Assembly (NCBI GenBank): GCA_038252255.1
Contig: JBBSAM010000002.1
Location: 87,964 to 151,963, forward strand
Length of the DNA: 64,000 nucleotides
Direction of reading: 5' to 3'
DNA from: Acidimicrobiia bacterium
Lineage (GTDB): Bacteria; Actinomycetota; Acidimicrobiia; IMCC26256; JAENVU01
The translations under genes and the position numbers were made by a program. Position 1 is the stretch's first letter. Each line of letters starts with the position of its first letter. The notes below the pieces were generated by a model. It saw only the letters and a list, made by a program, of their open reading frames with translations, was not told where the DNA came from and did no database searches. Below are positions 20,794 to 30,752 of the stretch, in pieces.

Positions 20794-21621
20794 TCAGGTG
20801 GTGGCGATCGGGTCCGGCTCGAGGTTGATCGTCGGGCCGTGTCCGGCGCGGGTGAGGATGCGGGCGACCGTGTAACCGATGCCAAAGATCACGAACCCAC
20901 CGACCGCGTCGAGGAAGTAGTGGTTGGCGGAGATGACGATCACCGCGACCGTCAGCACGGGATAGCTCGCCGCCAGCCACTTGACCCACGTGCGCTTCAC
21001 GCGGGGAACGAGCGCGCACGCGCACCACAGCGCCCAGCAGCAGTGCACGCTCGGCATCGCCGCGTACTGGTTCGAGATGTTCTTCATCGCGCCCGAGTTG
21101 AAGGCCCACAAGGTGGGGTACTTGGCCAGCGTGTCGACGAACCCGTAGTGGGCGTTCGGCATGGAGTCGAGCAGGCGCGGCGGCATGAGCGGCCAGAGCC
21201 GGAAGCCGATGAGCGCGATCGCAGTGGCGACACCGAGCGTGTTGCGCCAGCGCGGATAGTCGTTCGGCCACTTCCGGAACAGGAAGACGCCTACCCCGAT
21301 CGTGATGATGAAGTGCAGCGACCCGTAGTAGTAGTTCGCGGCCACGACGATCGGCTTGAAGTGCAACGCCCAGCGGTTGACCGTGAGCTCGTGATTGATT
21401 CCGAGGGACTGCTGCCAGCCCATCAGCTCCTTGGCGTGGGCGTACGCCTCGACGGTGTGGACCGCGTCGGCGTTCCGGACCGCGGAGTACACGAGGTAGA
21501 AGAGGCCGATGGCCAGCATCTCGGCCCACCAGTAGATGACGTGGCCGTCGCGCAGGACCTTCGCGGCCCAGAGCTTGCGGTGGATGCGCGGCACGGCCCG
21601 GCGCTCGGTCGTCGCGCTCAC
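20794..21621 (-). CDS. PAP2_C-type integral membrane phosphatase/phosphotransferase (sphingomyelin/IPC-synthase-like)
   Basis: 275 aa, polytopic. Carries AAMPSVHCCWALW and SANHYFLDAVGG (PAP2 C2/C3-like motifs). Confidence 0.7.
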   Translation of the reverse strand: MSATTERRAVPRIHRKLWAAKVLRDGHVIYWWAEMLAIGLFYLVYSAVRNADAVHTVEAYAHAKELMGWQQSLGINHELTVNRWALHFKPIVVAANYYYGSLHFIITIGVGVFLFRKWPNDYPRWRNTLGVATAIALIGFRLWPLMPPRLLDSMPNAHYGFVDTLAKYPTLWAFNSGAMKNISNQYAAMPSVHCCWALWCACALVPRVKRTWVKWLAASYPVLTVAVIVISANHYFLDAVGGFVIFGIGYTVARILTRAGHGPTINLEPDPIATT

Positions 21622-22616
21622 GGTTGCGAACCCGCCCCGACCGACGCCTGGTTCCGATGCCCGACTGCGAATGCCGGTGCACCGAGCAGGCTCACGAGCA
21701 GCATGGTGAGGTACCAGAGGAGGCCGATGCCGATCGCCTGGCCGTTGGGAATCCCGAGCGGGTGCAGCAACAGCACGAACATTCCTTCACGCACACCGAG
21801 GCCGCTCAGCGAGATCGGGATGACCTGGGCCATGGCCACCACCGGGACGAACGCGATCACCGCACCGACGGGAACCGGCGCCCCGATGGTGAGGATGACG
21901 AATCCGACCGTGAGCACGACCGACACCTGGTAGATCATGGCGGTGCCGAGCACGGCGAGCGCGGCTTTCGGATCGGCCCGGAGCCGGGCGACACCGACGT
22001 GGGCCGCGCCGATGAAGCGCATCCAGTTCTCGTGGTGCTCGAAACGACCGGCCATCCTCGGGTGGGCGGCGAGCAGCAGGATCCCGGCGAGCGCGGCGAG
22101 CGCGACCCCGGACACGAGGAGCGCGACCCAGGCGGTGCTCGAATCCAGCAGCGACGGGTCGATCAGGAAGCCGAACAGGCACAGCACCGGGAGCGCCAGG
22201 AAGCCGCTCAACCGCTCTAGGGCGACGGCGGCGAACGCCGTCTCGCGCGATCCGATGTTCTTCGCCGAACGGGTGATCCGGAGCACGTCCCCGCCGATGG
22301 TGGACGGGAGCACGTTGCCGACGAACTGGCCCGCGAAGTAGTGGCCGGTGAGGGCGCGCAGCGGTACCGGCGCCCCGAAGGCGAGGAGCACCCGCTGCCA
22401 GCGCCAGGCCGAAAGCACGATGCCGACGGTGGCCAGCAGGACGGCGAGGGCGAAGTAGACGAGGGTGGCCAGGTGCCGGTGCTTGGGGAGCGCGCCGTCG
22501 AAGTCGATCTTCGTCACCAGGATCGCGAGCAGTGCCGCGCTCACGACCATGCGGATGCCGAGTCCCCAACGGGCCCAGCGAGAAGGCGCGGGCGGCTCCG
22601 ACTCTTCCAGCACCAT
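21618..22616 (-). CDS. Flippase-like (lysylphosphatidylglycerol synthase TM-region, UPF0104) membrane protein
   Basis: 332 aa, multi-TM, with GNVLPSTIGGDVLR. Its stop overlaps the start of the PAP2 gene by 4 nt. Confidence 0.7.
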   Translation of the reverse strand: MVLEESEPPAPSRWARWGLGIRMVVSAALLAILVTKIDFDGALPKHRHLATLVYFALAVLLATVGIVLSAWRWQRVLLAFGAPVPLRALTGHYFAGQFVGNVLPSTIGGDVLRITRSAKNIGSRETAFAAVALERLSGFLALPVLCLFGFLIDPSLLDSSTAWVALLVSGVALAALAGILLLAAHPRMAGRFEHHENWMRFIGAAHVGVARLRADPKAALAVLGTAMIYQVSVVLTVGFVILTIGAPVPVGAVIAFVPVVAMAQVIPISLSGLGVREGMFVLLLHPLGIPNGQAIGIGLLWYLTMLLVSLLGAPAFAVGHRNQASVGAGSQP

Positions 22617-22729
22617 CTCCCCAGCCTACGGGCTGGGCCCTATTGGCCGGGAGCCGTCCCGGTCGGCAAGCATGGTGTCCGCGAGCCGTTTTGGCGGCCC
22701 GACGGAACGGTACGGATGGGGGGAAGCGC

Positions 22730-23566
22730 ATGAGGGTTGTCGTCGACGACGGCGTCGGGCTCGAGGTCGTCGAGCAGGGGAGCGGTCCCGCCCTCCTGCT
22801 CGTCCACGGGTTCGGCGGGGCGAAGGAGGACTTCTGGGACCAGGTCGACGCGCTCGCGACCCGGTACCACGTCGTCACGTTCGACCACCGCGGCCACGGT
22901 GAGAGCGATGCTCCGGCGGAGGTGGGGGCGTACTCCCTGGACCGGCTCGCGGCCGACACGCTCGCGGTCGCCGACGCCGTCGGCGCCGACCGGTTCCGGC
23001 TCCTGGGCCACTCGATGGGCGGGATGGTCGCCCGCCGGGTCGTCCTCGCCCACCCCGGCCGGGTCGAAGCGCTCGTGCTCATGGACACCTCCCCCGGCCC
23101 GGTGCCGGGGATCGACGGCGAGATCCTCGAGTTGGGGGCCGCGATGGCGCTCACCGACGGGATGGACGAGCTGAAGCGGGTCATGGATGCGTTCCAGCCA
23201 CTCGGGACGCCCGCGTACGAGCGGCTGCTGGCCGAGCGCCCGGGCTACCAGGAGTTCAACGACCGGAAGTGGGCCACCCTCTCGGCCGTGATGTGGGCGA
23301 CGATGGGTCGCGAGATCCGGGACCAGCCGGACCAGCTCGCCGCGCTCGCCGCGGTCGAATGCCCGACGCTCGTCATCGTGGGTGAGCAGGACGAGCCGTT
23401 CGTCGGCGTGTCGCGCGACATGGCCGAGACCGTTCGCAGTGCGGAGCTCGTCGTGCTCACCGACGCGGGCCACTCACCACAGTTCGAGAACCCAGGTGCG
23501 TGGCTCGCGGCGCTCGAGCGGTTCCTGTCGCGGGTCGACCGTCAAGACGAATCCCCCGCGGCGTAG
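22730..23566 (+). CDS. Alpha/beta hydrolase
   Basis: ATG at 22730. Contains LLLVHGFGG, the nucleophile elbow GHSMGG, and a C-terminal DAGHSPQFE. Confidence 0.85.
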   Translation: MRVVVDDGVGLEVVEQGSGPALLLVHGFGGAKEDFWDQVDALATRYHVVTFDHRGHGESDAPAEVGAYSLDRLAADTLAVADAVGADRFRLLGHSMGGMVARRVVLAHPGRVEALVLMDTSPGPVPGIDGEILELGAAMALTDGMDELKRVMDAFQPLGTPAYERLLAERPGYQEFNDRKWATLSAVMWATMGREIRDQPDQLAALAAVECPTLVIVGEQDEPFVGVSRDMAETVRSAELVVLTDAGHSPQFENPGAWLAALERFLSRVDRQDESPAA

Positions 23567-23578
23567 CGAGCCGTCTCC

Positions 23579-25204
23579 ATGACCCAGGAGCTGGGTTCGG
23601 GAGGGAAGCTCGCGGCGGAGGTGCTGCGACGGCACGACGTCGACACCGTGTTCACGCTCTCCGGCGGTCATCTCTTCCCGTTCTACGACGGGTGCGTGCA
23701 GACCGACATCCGGTTGGTGGACGTCCGGCACGAGCAGACGGCCACGTTCGCGGCCGAGGGTTGGGCCAAGGTGACCCGCCGGGTCGGAGTGTGCGCGCTC
23801 ACCGCCGGGCCGGGTGTGACGAACGGGGTGAGCGCCTTGACCGCCGCGCAGCTGAGCGGCTCCCCCGTGCTCGCGATCGGTGGGCGCGCCCCCGCCGAAC
23901 GTTGGGGCTCGGGCTCGCTCCAGGAGCTCGATCCGGTGCCGATCCTCGCCCCGGTGGTCAAGCACGCCGCCACGGCACCGTCCACCGAGGCGATCCCTGC
24001 GACCTTCGACGCCGCGTTACGTGCCGCACGCACACCGCATCGTGGTTCGACGTTCGTCGACGTCGCGCTCGACGTCTTCGTGAACGGTGCCATGGCCGAG
24101 ATCCCCGACGCGCCCGGGGTTGCCGAGCTCACGGGCGGCGAGCCGGACCCAACGGCCATCGCGACGATTGCGAAGCTGGTGGCGGACGCAAGGCGCCCGG
24201 TCGTGGTCGCGGGTGGCGACGTGTACTGGGATCGGGCCGAGGTCGCGCTCCAGGCGTGGGCCGAGGTGGCGCGCCTCCCCGTGTTCGCGAACGGGATGGG
24301 CCGCGGGACGATCCCGGCCGACCACGAGCTCGCGTTCGCCCGCGCCCGTTCGGCGGCCTTGAAGGAAGCGGACCTGGTGCTGGTCGCGGGCACGCCGCTC
24401 GACTTCCGGCTCGGGTTCGGCGTGTTCGGGGACGCGAAGGTCGTGCACGTCTGCGACGCGCCCGGGCGCGTCGCCCGTCACGCGCCGCTCGCAGCCTCGA
24501 GCGCGGGCGACCTGTCACAAACCTTCAGCGCACTCGCCGGCGGCGTCGCCGGCGGCGACCACGACGATTGGATCAGCCGCCTCCGTGACGAGGAACGGGC
24601 GCGCCGCGCCGTCGACGCCGAAGCTCTCGGTGCCGCGACCACGCCGATCAAGCCGCAGCGGATCTACGGCGAGCTGCGCCCACGGCTGGCCCGCGACGCG
24701 ATCGTCATCGGCGACGGAGGCGACTTCGTCTCGTACGCAGGCCAGCTCATCGACAGCTACCAGCCGGGTTGCTTCCTCGATCCCGGCCCGTTCGGGTGCC
24801 TCGGCATGGGGCCCGGCTACGCGCTGGCTGCCGGCGTCGCGCATCCCGGTCGCCAGCTGGTGCTGCTCCTCGGTGACGGCGCGATCGGGTTCTCGCTCGG
24901 TGACCTCGACACGCTCGTGCGGTTCGGGATCGACGTCGTGATGATCGTGGGGAACAACGGGATCTGGGGCTTGGAGAAGCACCCGATGGAGTTCTTCTTC
25001 GGATACGCCGTGGCTGCCGAGCTCCGACCGGGAACCCGCTACGACCTCGTGCTCGAAGCGCTCGGTGGGCACGGCGAGCTGGTGGAGGACCCGGCCGAGC
25101 TCGGCCCTGCACTCGATCGGGCGTTCGCGACACCGGGCCCGTCACTCGTGAACGTGCTCACCGACCCCGCCGACGCCTATCCCCGCTCCAGCAACCTCGG
25201 CTGA
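23579..25204 (+). CDS. Thiamine-diphosphate-dependent enzyme (acetolactate synthase large-subunit-like)
   Basis: 541 aa with VRHEQTATFAAEGWAK, GPGVTNG and GDGAIGFSLGDLDT...NNG. Confidence 0.85.
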   Translation: MTQELGSGGKLAAEVLRRHDVDTVFTLSGGHLFPFYDGCVQTDIRLVDVRHEQTATFAAEGWAKVTRRVGVCALTAGPGVTNGVSALTAAQLSGSPVLAIGGRAPAERWGSGSLQELDPVPILAPVVKHAATAPSTEAIPATFDAALRAARTPHRGSTFVDVALDVFVNGAMAEIPDAPGVAELTGGEPDPTAIATIAKLVADARRPVVVAGGDVYWDRAEVALQAWAEVARLPVFANGMGRGTIPADHELAFARARSAALKEADLVLVAGTPLDFRLGFGVFGDAKVVHVCDAPGRVARHAPLAASSAGDLSQTFSALAGGVAGGDHDDWISRLRDEERARRAVDAEALGAATTPIKPQRIYGELRPRLARDAIVIGDGGDFVSYAGQLIDSYQPGCFLDPGPFGCLGMGPGYALAAGVAHPGRQLVLLLGDGAIGFSLGDLDTLVRFGIDVVMIVGNNGIWGLEKHPMEFFFGYAVAAELRPGTRYDLVLEALGGHGELVEDPAELGPALDRAFATPGPSLVNVLTDPADAYPRSSNLG

Positions 25205-25264
25205 CCCGGCTCGCATCTCTGCGTCGCGTACGCGCGATATGCGCTTCGATCGACGCCAAACGGG

Positions 25265-25897
25265 TCAGCGGCGAGCCGCGATCTCGCAGACCTTCCAGTC
25301 GCCGTCCTCCCGGACGAGCCGGACGGTCACGTGGTAGTCGATCCCGGCTCGGGTGACGTCGCCGTTGGTGGTGGCGCGGTTGCCGGTCCGATCGAACTCC
25401 GTGATGTTGAAGTCGCGCACGCGTCCGTTCGACTGCTCCCGTTGTGCGAAGTCCGGCTCGCTGATCTGAGCCTTGAACGCCGCGCACCGCAGGTCGTACG
25501 CCGCCGAGTACTTCTCGTCGCGCAACGCGGAGAAGTAGTCGTTCGTCGATTCGATCGGCCCGACGATCGCGCGCACCGCGAACACCACGATCAGCACGAC
25601 GCTCACCGCGAAGACGGCCAGCACCGGGATCAGGATCCAGAGCCAGGTCAGGCGGCGCTTCTTGACCGGCGGCGGCGGTGGCTCCCAACCGGAGGCGGCG
25701 GGCGCCGGCGGCGTGATCGGTGGTGGCGGCCCGGGTGGCGCGCCCCATCCGGGCGCGGCGGGTGGCCCGGGTTGCGGTGCGGGGGGCGCGTCCGGCGGGG
25801 GTGGTGGTGGAGTCGGGCTCGCCCACCCCGGTTGGCCGGCGTCGGGGTCCCCACCCGGCGCGCCGCTCGGATCGATCGGGTTCCCGGGATCACCCAT
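25265..25897 (-). CDS. Proline-rich single-pass membrane protein
   Basis: 210 aa: a Pro-rich N-terminus, then the TM helix LTWLWILIPVLAVFAVSVVLIVVFAV, then a globular C-terminal domain. Confidence 0.55.
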   Translation of the reverse strand: MGDPGNPIDPSGAPGGDPDAGQPGWASPTPPPPPPDAPPAPQPGPPAAPGWGAPPGPPPPITPPAPAASGWEPPPPPVKKRRLTWLWILIPVLAVFAVSVVLIVVFAVRAIVGPIESTNDYFSALRDEKYSAAYDLRCAAFKAQISEPDFAQREQSNGRVRDFNITEFDRTGNRATTNGDVTRAGIDYHVTVRLVREDGDWKVCEIAARR

Positions 25898-25996
25898 GCC
25901 TGGAGCGTACCGGCGCGGGAAAGCGCAAGAAGGGAGTGTCGGAACGGAGGGCAGGAGCGGGTACGAAGTGCGGAGGCCGCAGCGACCGGGCTCGAG

Positions 25997-26362
25997 TCAG
26001 GTCGTGCCGCCGGCTTTCCCCAGGAACCGGGAGCGCTCGACGACGACACGGGTGATGCGCCCCGCAGCCACGAGGCCGTCCCGATGCTTCACCGAGACGC
26101 GAAAGGTGAGGCGGCGACCTTCGACCGATTCGAGCACGGCCTCGGCGAGGACTTCGTCGCCCACCGGCACGGGGGCCAGGTGGTCGAGCTGGACCCGGTA
26201 CCCCACGGTCGTGCCGTCGGGCGCGATCTGGCCCGCGATCGCGGCAACCGTGGCTCGTTCGGCCAGCAGCACGACCCGGGGGGTCGCGAGGACCGGGACG
26301 TCGCCGCTCCCGAGTGCGAGCGCGGTATCGCTCTCGCAGACGGTGAGTTCTGATGTTCCCAC
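25997..26362 (-). CDS. Hotdog-fold thioesterase
   Basis: The GTG at 26362 is preferred, since the longer ATG start would abut tldD. Translation VGTSELTVCESDTALALGSGDVPVLATPRVVLLAERA resembles the fluoroacetyl-CoA-thioesterase-like family. Confidence 0.6.
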   Translation of the reverse strand: MGTSELTVCESDTALALGSGDVPVLATPRVVLLAERATVAAIAGQIAPDGTTVGYRVQLDHLAPVPVGDEVLAEAVLESVEGRRLTFRVSVKHRDGLVAAGRITRVVVERSRFLGKAGGTT

Positions 26363-26433
26363 GAGTCCGGGCTCCAGAGGCACGGGCGTACCATACGCAC
26401 CCCGCGCGCCCGGCGGCACCTTGGAGGTTCGTC

Positions 26434-27822
26434 GTGATCGAAGAGTCGGTTCTCCAACGCACGCTGCACCGTGCTCTGGCGCGGGGTGGCGACTTCGCGG
26501 AGGTGTTCGCCGAAGACCGTCGATCGTCCAACGCCACGTTCGACGACGGCAAGGTGGAAGAGCTGCGGTCCGGTCGGGAGCGCGGCGCCGGCGTGCGGGT
26601 GGTGCGGGGCGAGACCACCGGGTACGCGCACACGGCCGACCTCTCGGAGTCCGGGCTGGGTGAGGCCGCGGAAGCGGCGGCCGCCGCGGCGAGCTCGGGT
26701 GGGGCAGGGGCCACGATCGTTCCGCTCACGCGCCGCCCGAACACCCCCCCGCACGACGTGAAGGTGCTCCCCGAAGACGTCGAGAAGGCGCGCAAGGTCG
26801 AGATGCTGACCCGGGCCGACGAGGCCGCTCGCGCCGTGGGCGACTCGGTACGGCAGGTGTCGGTGAGCTACGCGGACGGTCGGCGCCGGATCCTGGTCGC
26901 GAACTCCGACGGGCTGCTCACCGAGGACGACCAGGTGCGCACACGCTTCATGGTGAACTGCGTCGCGGTCGGTGACACCGGCATGCAGACGGGCCTGGAG
27001 GCCCCGGGCTTCACCGTCGGCTTCGAGTACTTCGACGAGCACGCGCCGGAGGAGACCGCGCGCATCGCCGCGGCTCGGGCGCTCTCCAAGCTCAACGCCC
27101 GGCCCGCGCCCAGCGGGAAGGTGCCGGTGGTGCTGAAGCGGGGGGCCGGGGGCGTGCTGTTCCACGAGGCGTGCGGGCACGGTCTCGAAGCGGACTTGGT
27201 GGGCCGGGACGCGTCGGTGTTCCGCGGGCGGGTCGGGGAGCAGGTCGCGTCACCGCTCGTGACCCTGGTGGATGACGGCGGGCTGGCCCGGGAGTGGGGC
27301 GCGTACGCGATCGACGACGAAGGTGCACCCGCGCAGCGCAACGTGCTGATCCGGGACGGGGTGCTCACCGACTACATGTGGGACCTCGTGCGCGCCCGGA
27401 AGGAAGGCCGCGCGAGTACGGGCAACGGTCGCCGGGAGACGTACCAGCACCTTCCGATGGTCCGCATGACGAACACGTTCCTCGAGGCCGGTACCGAAGA
27501 CCCGGACGACATCATCCGCCGGACGCCGTACGGCCTCTACTGCGTCGCGCTCGGCGGCGGCCAGGTCAACACCGCGACGGGCGACTTCGTGTTCGGGATC
27601 ACCGAGGCGTACATGATCGAGGACGGCCAGATCACCGAGCCCGTGCGCGGCGCGCAGCTGATCGGCAACGGCCCCGAGACGTTGCTCGGGGTCGACGCGG
27701 TCGGGAACGACTTCGACACCTGGGCGGGCACCTGCGGCAAGGACGGTCAGGGCGTGCCGGTGTCGTCCGGGCAACCGACGTTGCGGATCCGCGAGCTGAC
27801 GGTCGGCGGGACCGCGGCATGA
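26434..27822 (+). CDS. tldD: Metalloprotease TldD
   Basis: GTG at 26434 with ggagg 6 nt upstream. Contains GVLFHEACGHGLE (HExxxH) and a C-terminal GKDGQGVPVSSGQPTLRI. Confidence 0.9.
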   Translation: MIEESVLQRTLHRALARGGDFAEVFAEDRRSSNATFDDGKVEELRSGRERGAGVRVVRGETTGYAHTADLSESGLGEAAEAAAAAASSGGAGATIVPLTRRPNTPPHDVKVLPEDVEKARKVEMLTRADEAARAVGDSVRQVSVSYADGRRRILVANSDGLLTEDDQVRTRFMVNCVAVGDTGMQTGLEAPGFTVGFEYFDEHAPEETARIAAARALSKLNARPAPSGKVPVVLKRGAGGVLFHEACGHGLEADLVGRDASVFRGRVGEQVASPLVTLVDDGGLAREWGAYAIDDEGAPAQRNVLIRDGVLTDYMWDLVRARKEGRASTGNGRRETYQHLPMVRMTNTFLEAGTEDPDDIIRRTPYGLYCVALGGGQVNTATGDFVFGITEAYMIEDGQITEPVRGAQLIGNGPETLLGVDAVGNDFDTWAGTCGKDGQGVPVSSGQPTLRIRELTVGGTAA

Positions 27823-27883
27823 CCGCTCTGGACGCGGAAGCGCACGACCGCTCAGAAGGAGTGGCGCCGATGGAGCACGCGGC

Positions 27884-29245
27884 ATGACCCGTCGCAGTGA
27901 GGACCTGCTCGAGATCGCGCGCCGGGTCGCGTCGATGGCGCGAGCGGGCGAGCAGGTCGAGGCGTACGTGCTCCGTTCGCGCGACACGGACGTGCAGGTC
28001 TTCGGCGGCGAGGTCGAGTCGCTGGCCGTCGCGGAGGTCGACGGGGTCGGGGTGCGGCTCCTGCTCGACCACCGGCAGGGGTACGCGTGGGCCGGGTCGC
28101 TCGATGCCGACGTGATTGCCGAGACGGTGGCCGAAGCACGCGACAACGCGGGCTTCGGGACCCGAGACGAAGCCCTCGGGCTGGCCGAGCCGTCCGACCT
28201 CGCCGGCGTCACCGCGCCCGATCTCGATCTGTGGCGCGACGCGCTGCTCGCGGTACCGGCGGAGGAGAAGGTCGCGCTCGCGCTCGAGGTCGAAGCCGCG
28301 ACCCGCCGCGCGGATCCGCGCGTGCGTGGCGTCGAGTCCGCGGGTTACAGCGACGGCGCGGTGGAAGTGGCCGTCGCCAGCTCGTTGGGAATCGAAGCCT
28401 CGGCCCGGCGCACCGTGTGCTCGGTGGCGTCGTTCGCCATGGCGGGCGAGGGGGAAGAGACGCAGACGGGGTACGGCTTCTCCGTGGGCCGCACGTTCGG
28501 CGACCTCGATGTCGCGGCCGCCGGACGCGATGCAGCCGAGCGGTCGACCCGGCTCCTCGGGGCGCGCCAGCCCGCGTCCCGCCGGCTCCCGGTCGTCCTC
28601 GACCCGCTGGTGACCCGGTCGTTCCTCGGGTTGCTCGGCTCGGCGCTCAGTGGCGAGGCGATGCTCAAGGGGCGTTCGATGTTCGTCGGCCGGGCGGGCG
28701 AGGAGGTCGCGGCCGCGAACGTGACGCTCGTCGACGACCCGACGCTGCCCGACGCGTTCGGCGCCGCCACCCACGACGGCGAAGGGATCCCGACCCGCCG
28801 GGTCGAGCTCATCGTCGGCGGCCGGCTCCAGGGATTCCTGCACAACGTGTACACGGCCCGACGGTCGTCGACGCGAACCACGGGTTCGGCGATGCGGGGC
28901 TTCAAGTCCACTCCCTCTGTCGGAGCGCGCGCGTTGCACCTGCTTCCCGGGGCGAAGTCACCCGGCGAGATCCTCGCCTCGGTGCCGGAGGCGCTCTACG
29001 TGCAGTCGGTGAGCGGGTTGCACTCCGGGACCGATCCGGTCAGCGGCGACTTCTCGGTCGGGGCGGAGGGCCTGATCGTGCGCGACGGCGCGTTCGCCGA
29101 GCCGGTGCGCGAGGTGACCATCGCCTCGACGCTGCAGCGCATGCTGCTCGACGTGGCCGAGGTGGGAGCGGACCTCACCTGGCTCCCCGGCGGCGCCGCG
29201 GGCATGACCCTGCTCCTCAGCGACATGACGATGAGCGGCAGCTAA
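27884..29245 (+). CDS. pmbA: Metalloprotease PmbA/TldE
   Basis: 453 aa, adjacent to tldD. Contains DGEGIPT and SGDFSVGAEGL. Confidence 0.85.
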   Translation: MTRRSEDLLEIARRVASMARAGEQVEAYVLRSRDTDVQVFGGEVESLAVAEVDGVGVRLLLDHRQGYAWAGSLDADVIAETVAEARDNAGFGTRDEALGLAEPSDLAGVTAPDLDLWRDALLAVPAEEKVALALEVEAATRRADPRVRGVESAGYSDGAVEVAVASSLGIEASARRTVCSVASFAMAGEGEETQTGYGFSVGRTFGDLDVAAAGRDAAERSTRLLGARQPASRRLPVVLDPLVTRSFLGLLGSALSGEAMLKGRSMFVGRAGEEVAAANVTLVDDPTLPDAFGAATHDGEGIPTRRVELIVGGRLQGFLHNVYTARRSSTRTTGSAMRGFKSTPSVGARALHLLPGAKSPGEILASVPEALYVQSVSGLHSGTDPVSGDFSVGAEGLIVRDGAFAEPVREVTIASTLQRMLLDVAEVGADLTWLPGGAAGMTLLLSDMTMSGS

Positions 29246-29256
29246 CCCCCCGTCGG

Positions 29257-29976
29257 CTACGCGCGGGGGGAGACACCGCGGCGGTCGAGGATGGCGTCGA
29301 GCTCGGCGACGGCGACGAACGGGTCCTCGCCGAAGTGCACCGTCTCCATGCCGAGCGCGCGAGCGGCGGCGATGTTCTCGGCGTTGTCGTCGACGAAGAC
29401 GGATGCGTCCGGCGCGACCCCGACCCGCTCGCAGGTGAGCAGGTAGATGCGTGGGTCGGGCTTGCGCATCCCGACGTCACTCGAGTCCACGACGATCTCG
29501 AACAGCTCGTCGACCGGGAACGTCGCGCGCCAGTGGTCGCCCCACTCCTTCACGTTGTTCGTGAGCAACGCGATCGGGACTCCCCTCGCGAGCAGCTCAC
29601 GGGCCTTGTGCACGACCGGCCAGTGCACCCCGACGGGCATCTCGGCCATGAACGTGAGGTACGCGTCCATGTTGATCGGTTGGCCGAGCACCTCCGGGGC
29701 GCGGGCCCGGACCCCGTCGAACCATTCGTCGAGGGTGAGCTCGCCGATCTCCATGCGGTGCCAGTCGTGCGTCACCGCGACCCCACCGTCGGCCGTCGCC
29801 ACGACGGGTGCCGCGTCGTGACCGCGGCCTTCGACGCCGATGTAGGCCTTGTCGCCGAAGAGCAGCTCGAGCACCGCGCCCGCGGGGTATCCCATGTCGG
29901 CTTCGAACTTGCCGATGCCACGGAAGAGCGGGCTCGAGAAGACGCCGCCGTAGTCGAAGATCACCGCCTCGATCAC
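29257..29976 (-). CDS. HAD-superfamily hydrolase
   Basis: 239 aa. N-terminus MIEAVIFDYGGV (DxD-type motif I), then LLTNN and VFVDDNAENI. Confidence 0.8.
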   Translation of the reverse strand: MIEAVIFDYGGVFSSPLFRGIGKFEADMGYPAGAVLELLFGDKAYIGVEGRGHDAAPVVATADGGVAVTHDWHRMEIGELTLDEWFDGVRARAPEVLGQPINMDAYLTFMAEMPVGVHWPVVHKARELLARGVPIALLTNNVKEWGDHWRATFPVDELFEIVVDSSDVGMRKPDPRIYLLTCERVGVAPDASVFVDDNAENIAAARALGMETVHFGEDPFVAVAELDAILDRRGVSPRA

Positions 29977-30007
29977 GGTCGGGAGGGTATCGGCTCACGA
30001 GTGGTCG

Positions 30008-30667
30008 CTATCGGGCGGCGTCCTCGGGTGGGGCGATCGCGAGCGCGAGGGTGCCGGCCGCGGTGGCGAACGCCAGGCGTTTCGCCTCGTCCGGCGTCAC
30101 GAGCACCGTGACCCCGATCGAGCTGCGGTCGGCCGACACCGACCCGTCGTCCCGATCGACCGCGATCACGGGGACGCCGTGTGCGACCGTCAGCGTGGGC
30201 TCGACGTCCGAGCCGACCGTCTGGGGATCGAAGGTGGCGTAGAGGTCCACGGGATCCCCCGGCCGTGGCCGCACCCCGCCCGCGATGACCACGCGCATCG
30301 CGCGGCGGCCGGCAGGGACGGTGCCGTCACGCCCGTCGCGCCGGTGGGCCGCGAGGTGGCGGGTGGTGACGACGGCGCCGCGCAGGAGCGGGACCGCGAC
30401 CACCCGGCCGACCGCGGCGCGCGGCGCCGAGATCACTCCCGGTCCCTCCGCCTCACCGCGCACGCGGCGATCGGTGAGGTCGGGGGCTCGGAGCCGTCGA
30501 CCCAGTGGCAGGTCGCGGGTCGCGACGACCACGGTGTGGACCGGCCCGAAGGCCTGGTCCTGGTGGCGCAGCGAGACGAGGATGTCGGCGACGTACGCGG
30601 CGGTGGCCACGGCGAGGATCGCCGCGGCGGCCCACAGCAGCACGGCGCGCGGAGAGCGACGGAGCAT
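30008..30667 (-). CDS. SAF-domain (CpaB/RcpC-like) membrane-anchored protein
   Basis: 219 aa with an N-terminal TM helix followed by VVVATRDLPLGRRL, typical of SAF domains. Confidence 0.6.
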   Translation of the reverse strand: MLRRSPRAVLLWAAAAILAVATAAYVADILVSLRHQDQAFGPVHTVVVATRDLPLGRRLRAPDLTDRRVRGEAEGPGVISAPRAAVGRVVAVPLLRGAVVTTRHLAAHRRDGRDGTVPAGRRAMRVVIAGGVRPRPGDPVDLYATFDPQTVGSDVEPTLTVAHGVPVIAVDRDDGSVSADRSSIGVTVLVTPDEAKRLAFATAAGTLALAIAPPEDAAR

Positions 30668-30752
30668 GGCTGACCCCTTTCCTGCAGGTGCGGAGCGGGG
30701 GAAGCGAGGGGGAGGTGGTCGAGCGGGGCCGGTCAGCCGGCCGAAGCGCCGG

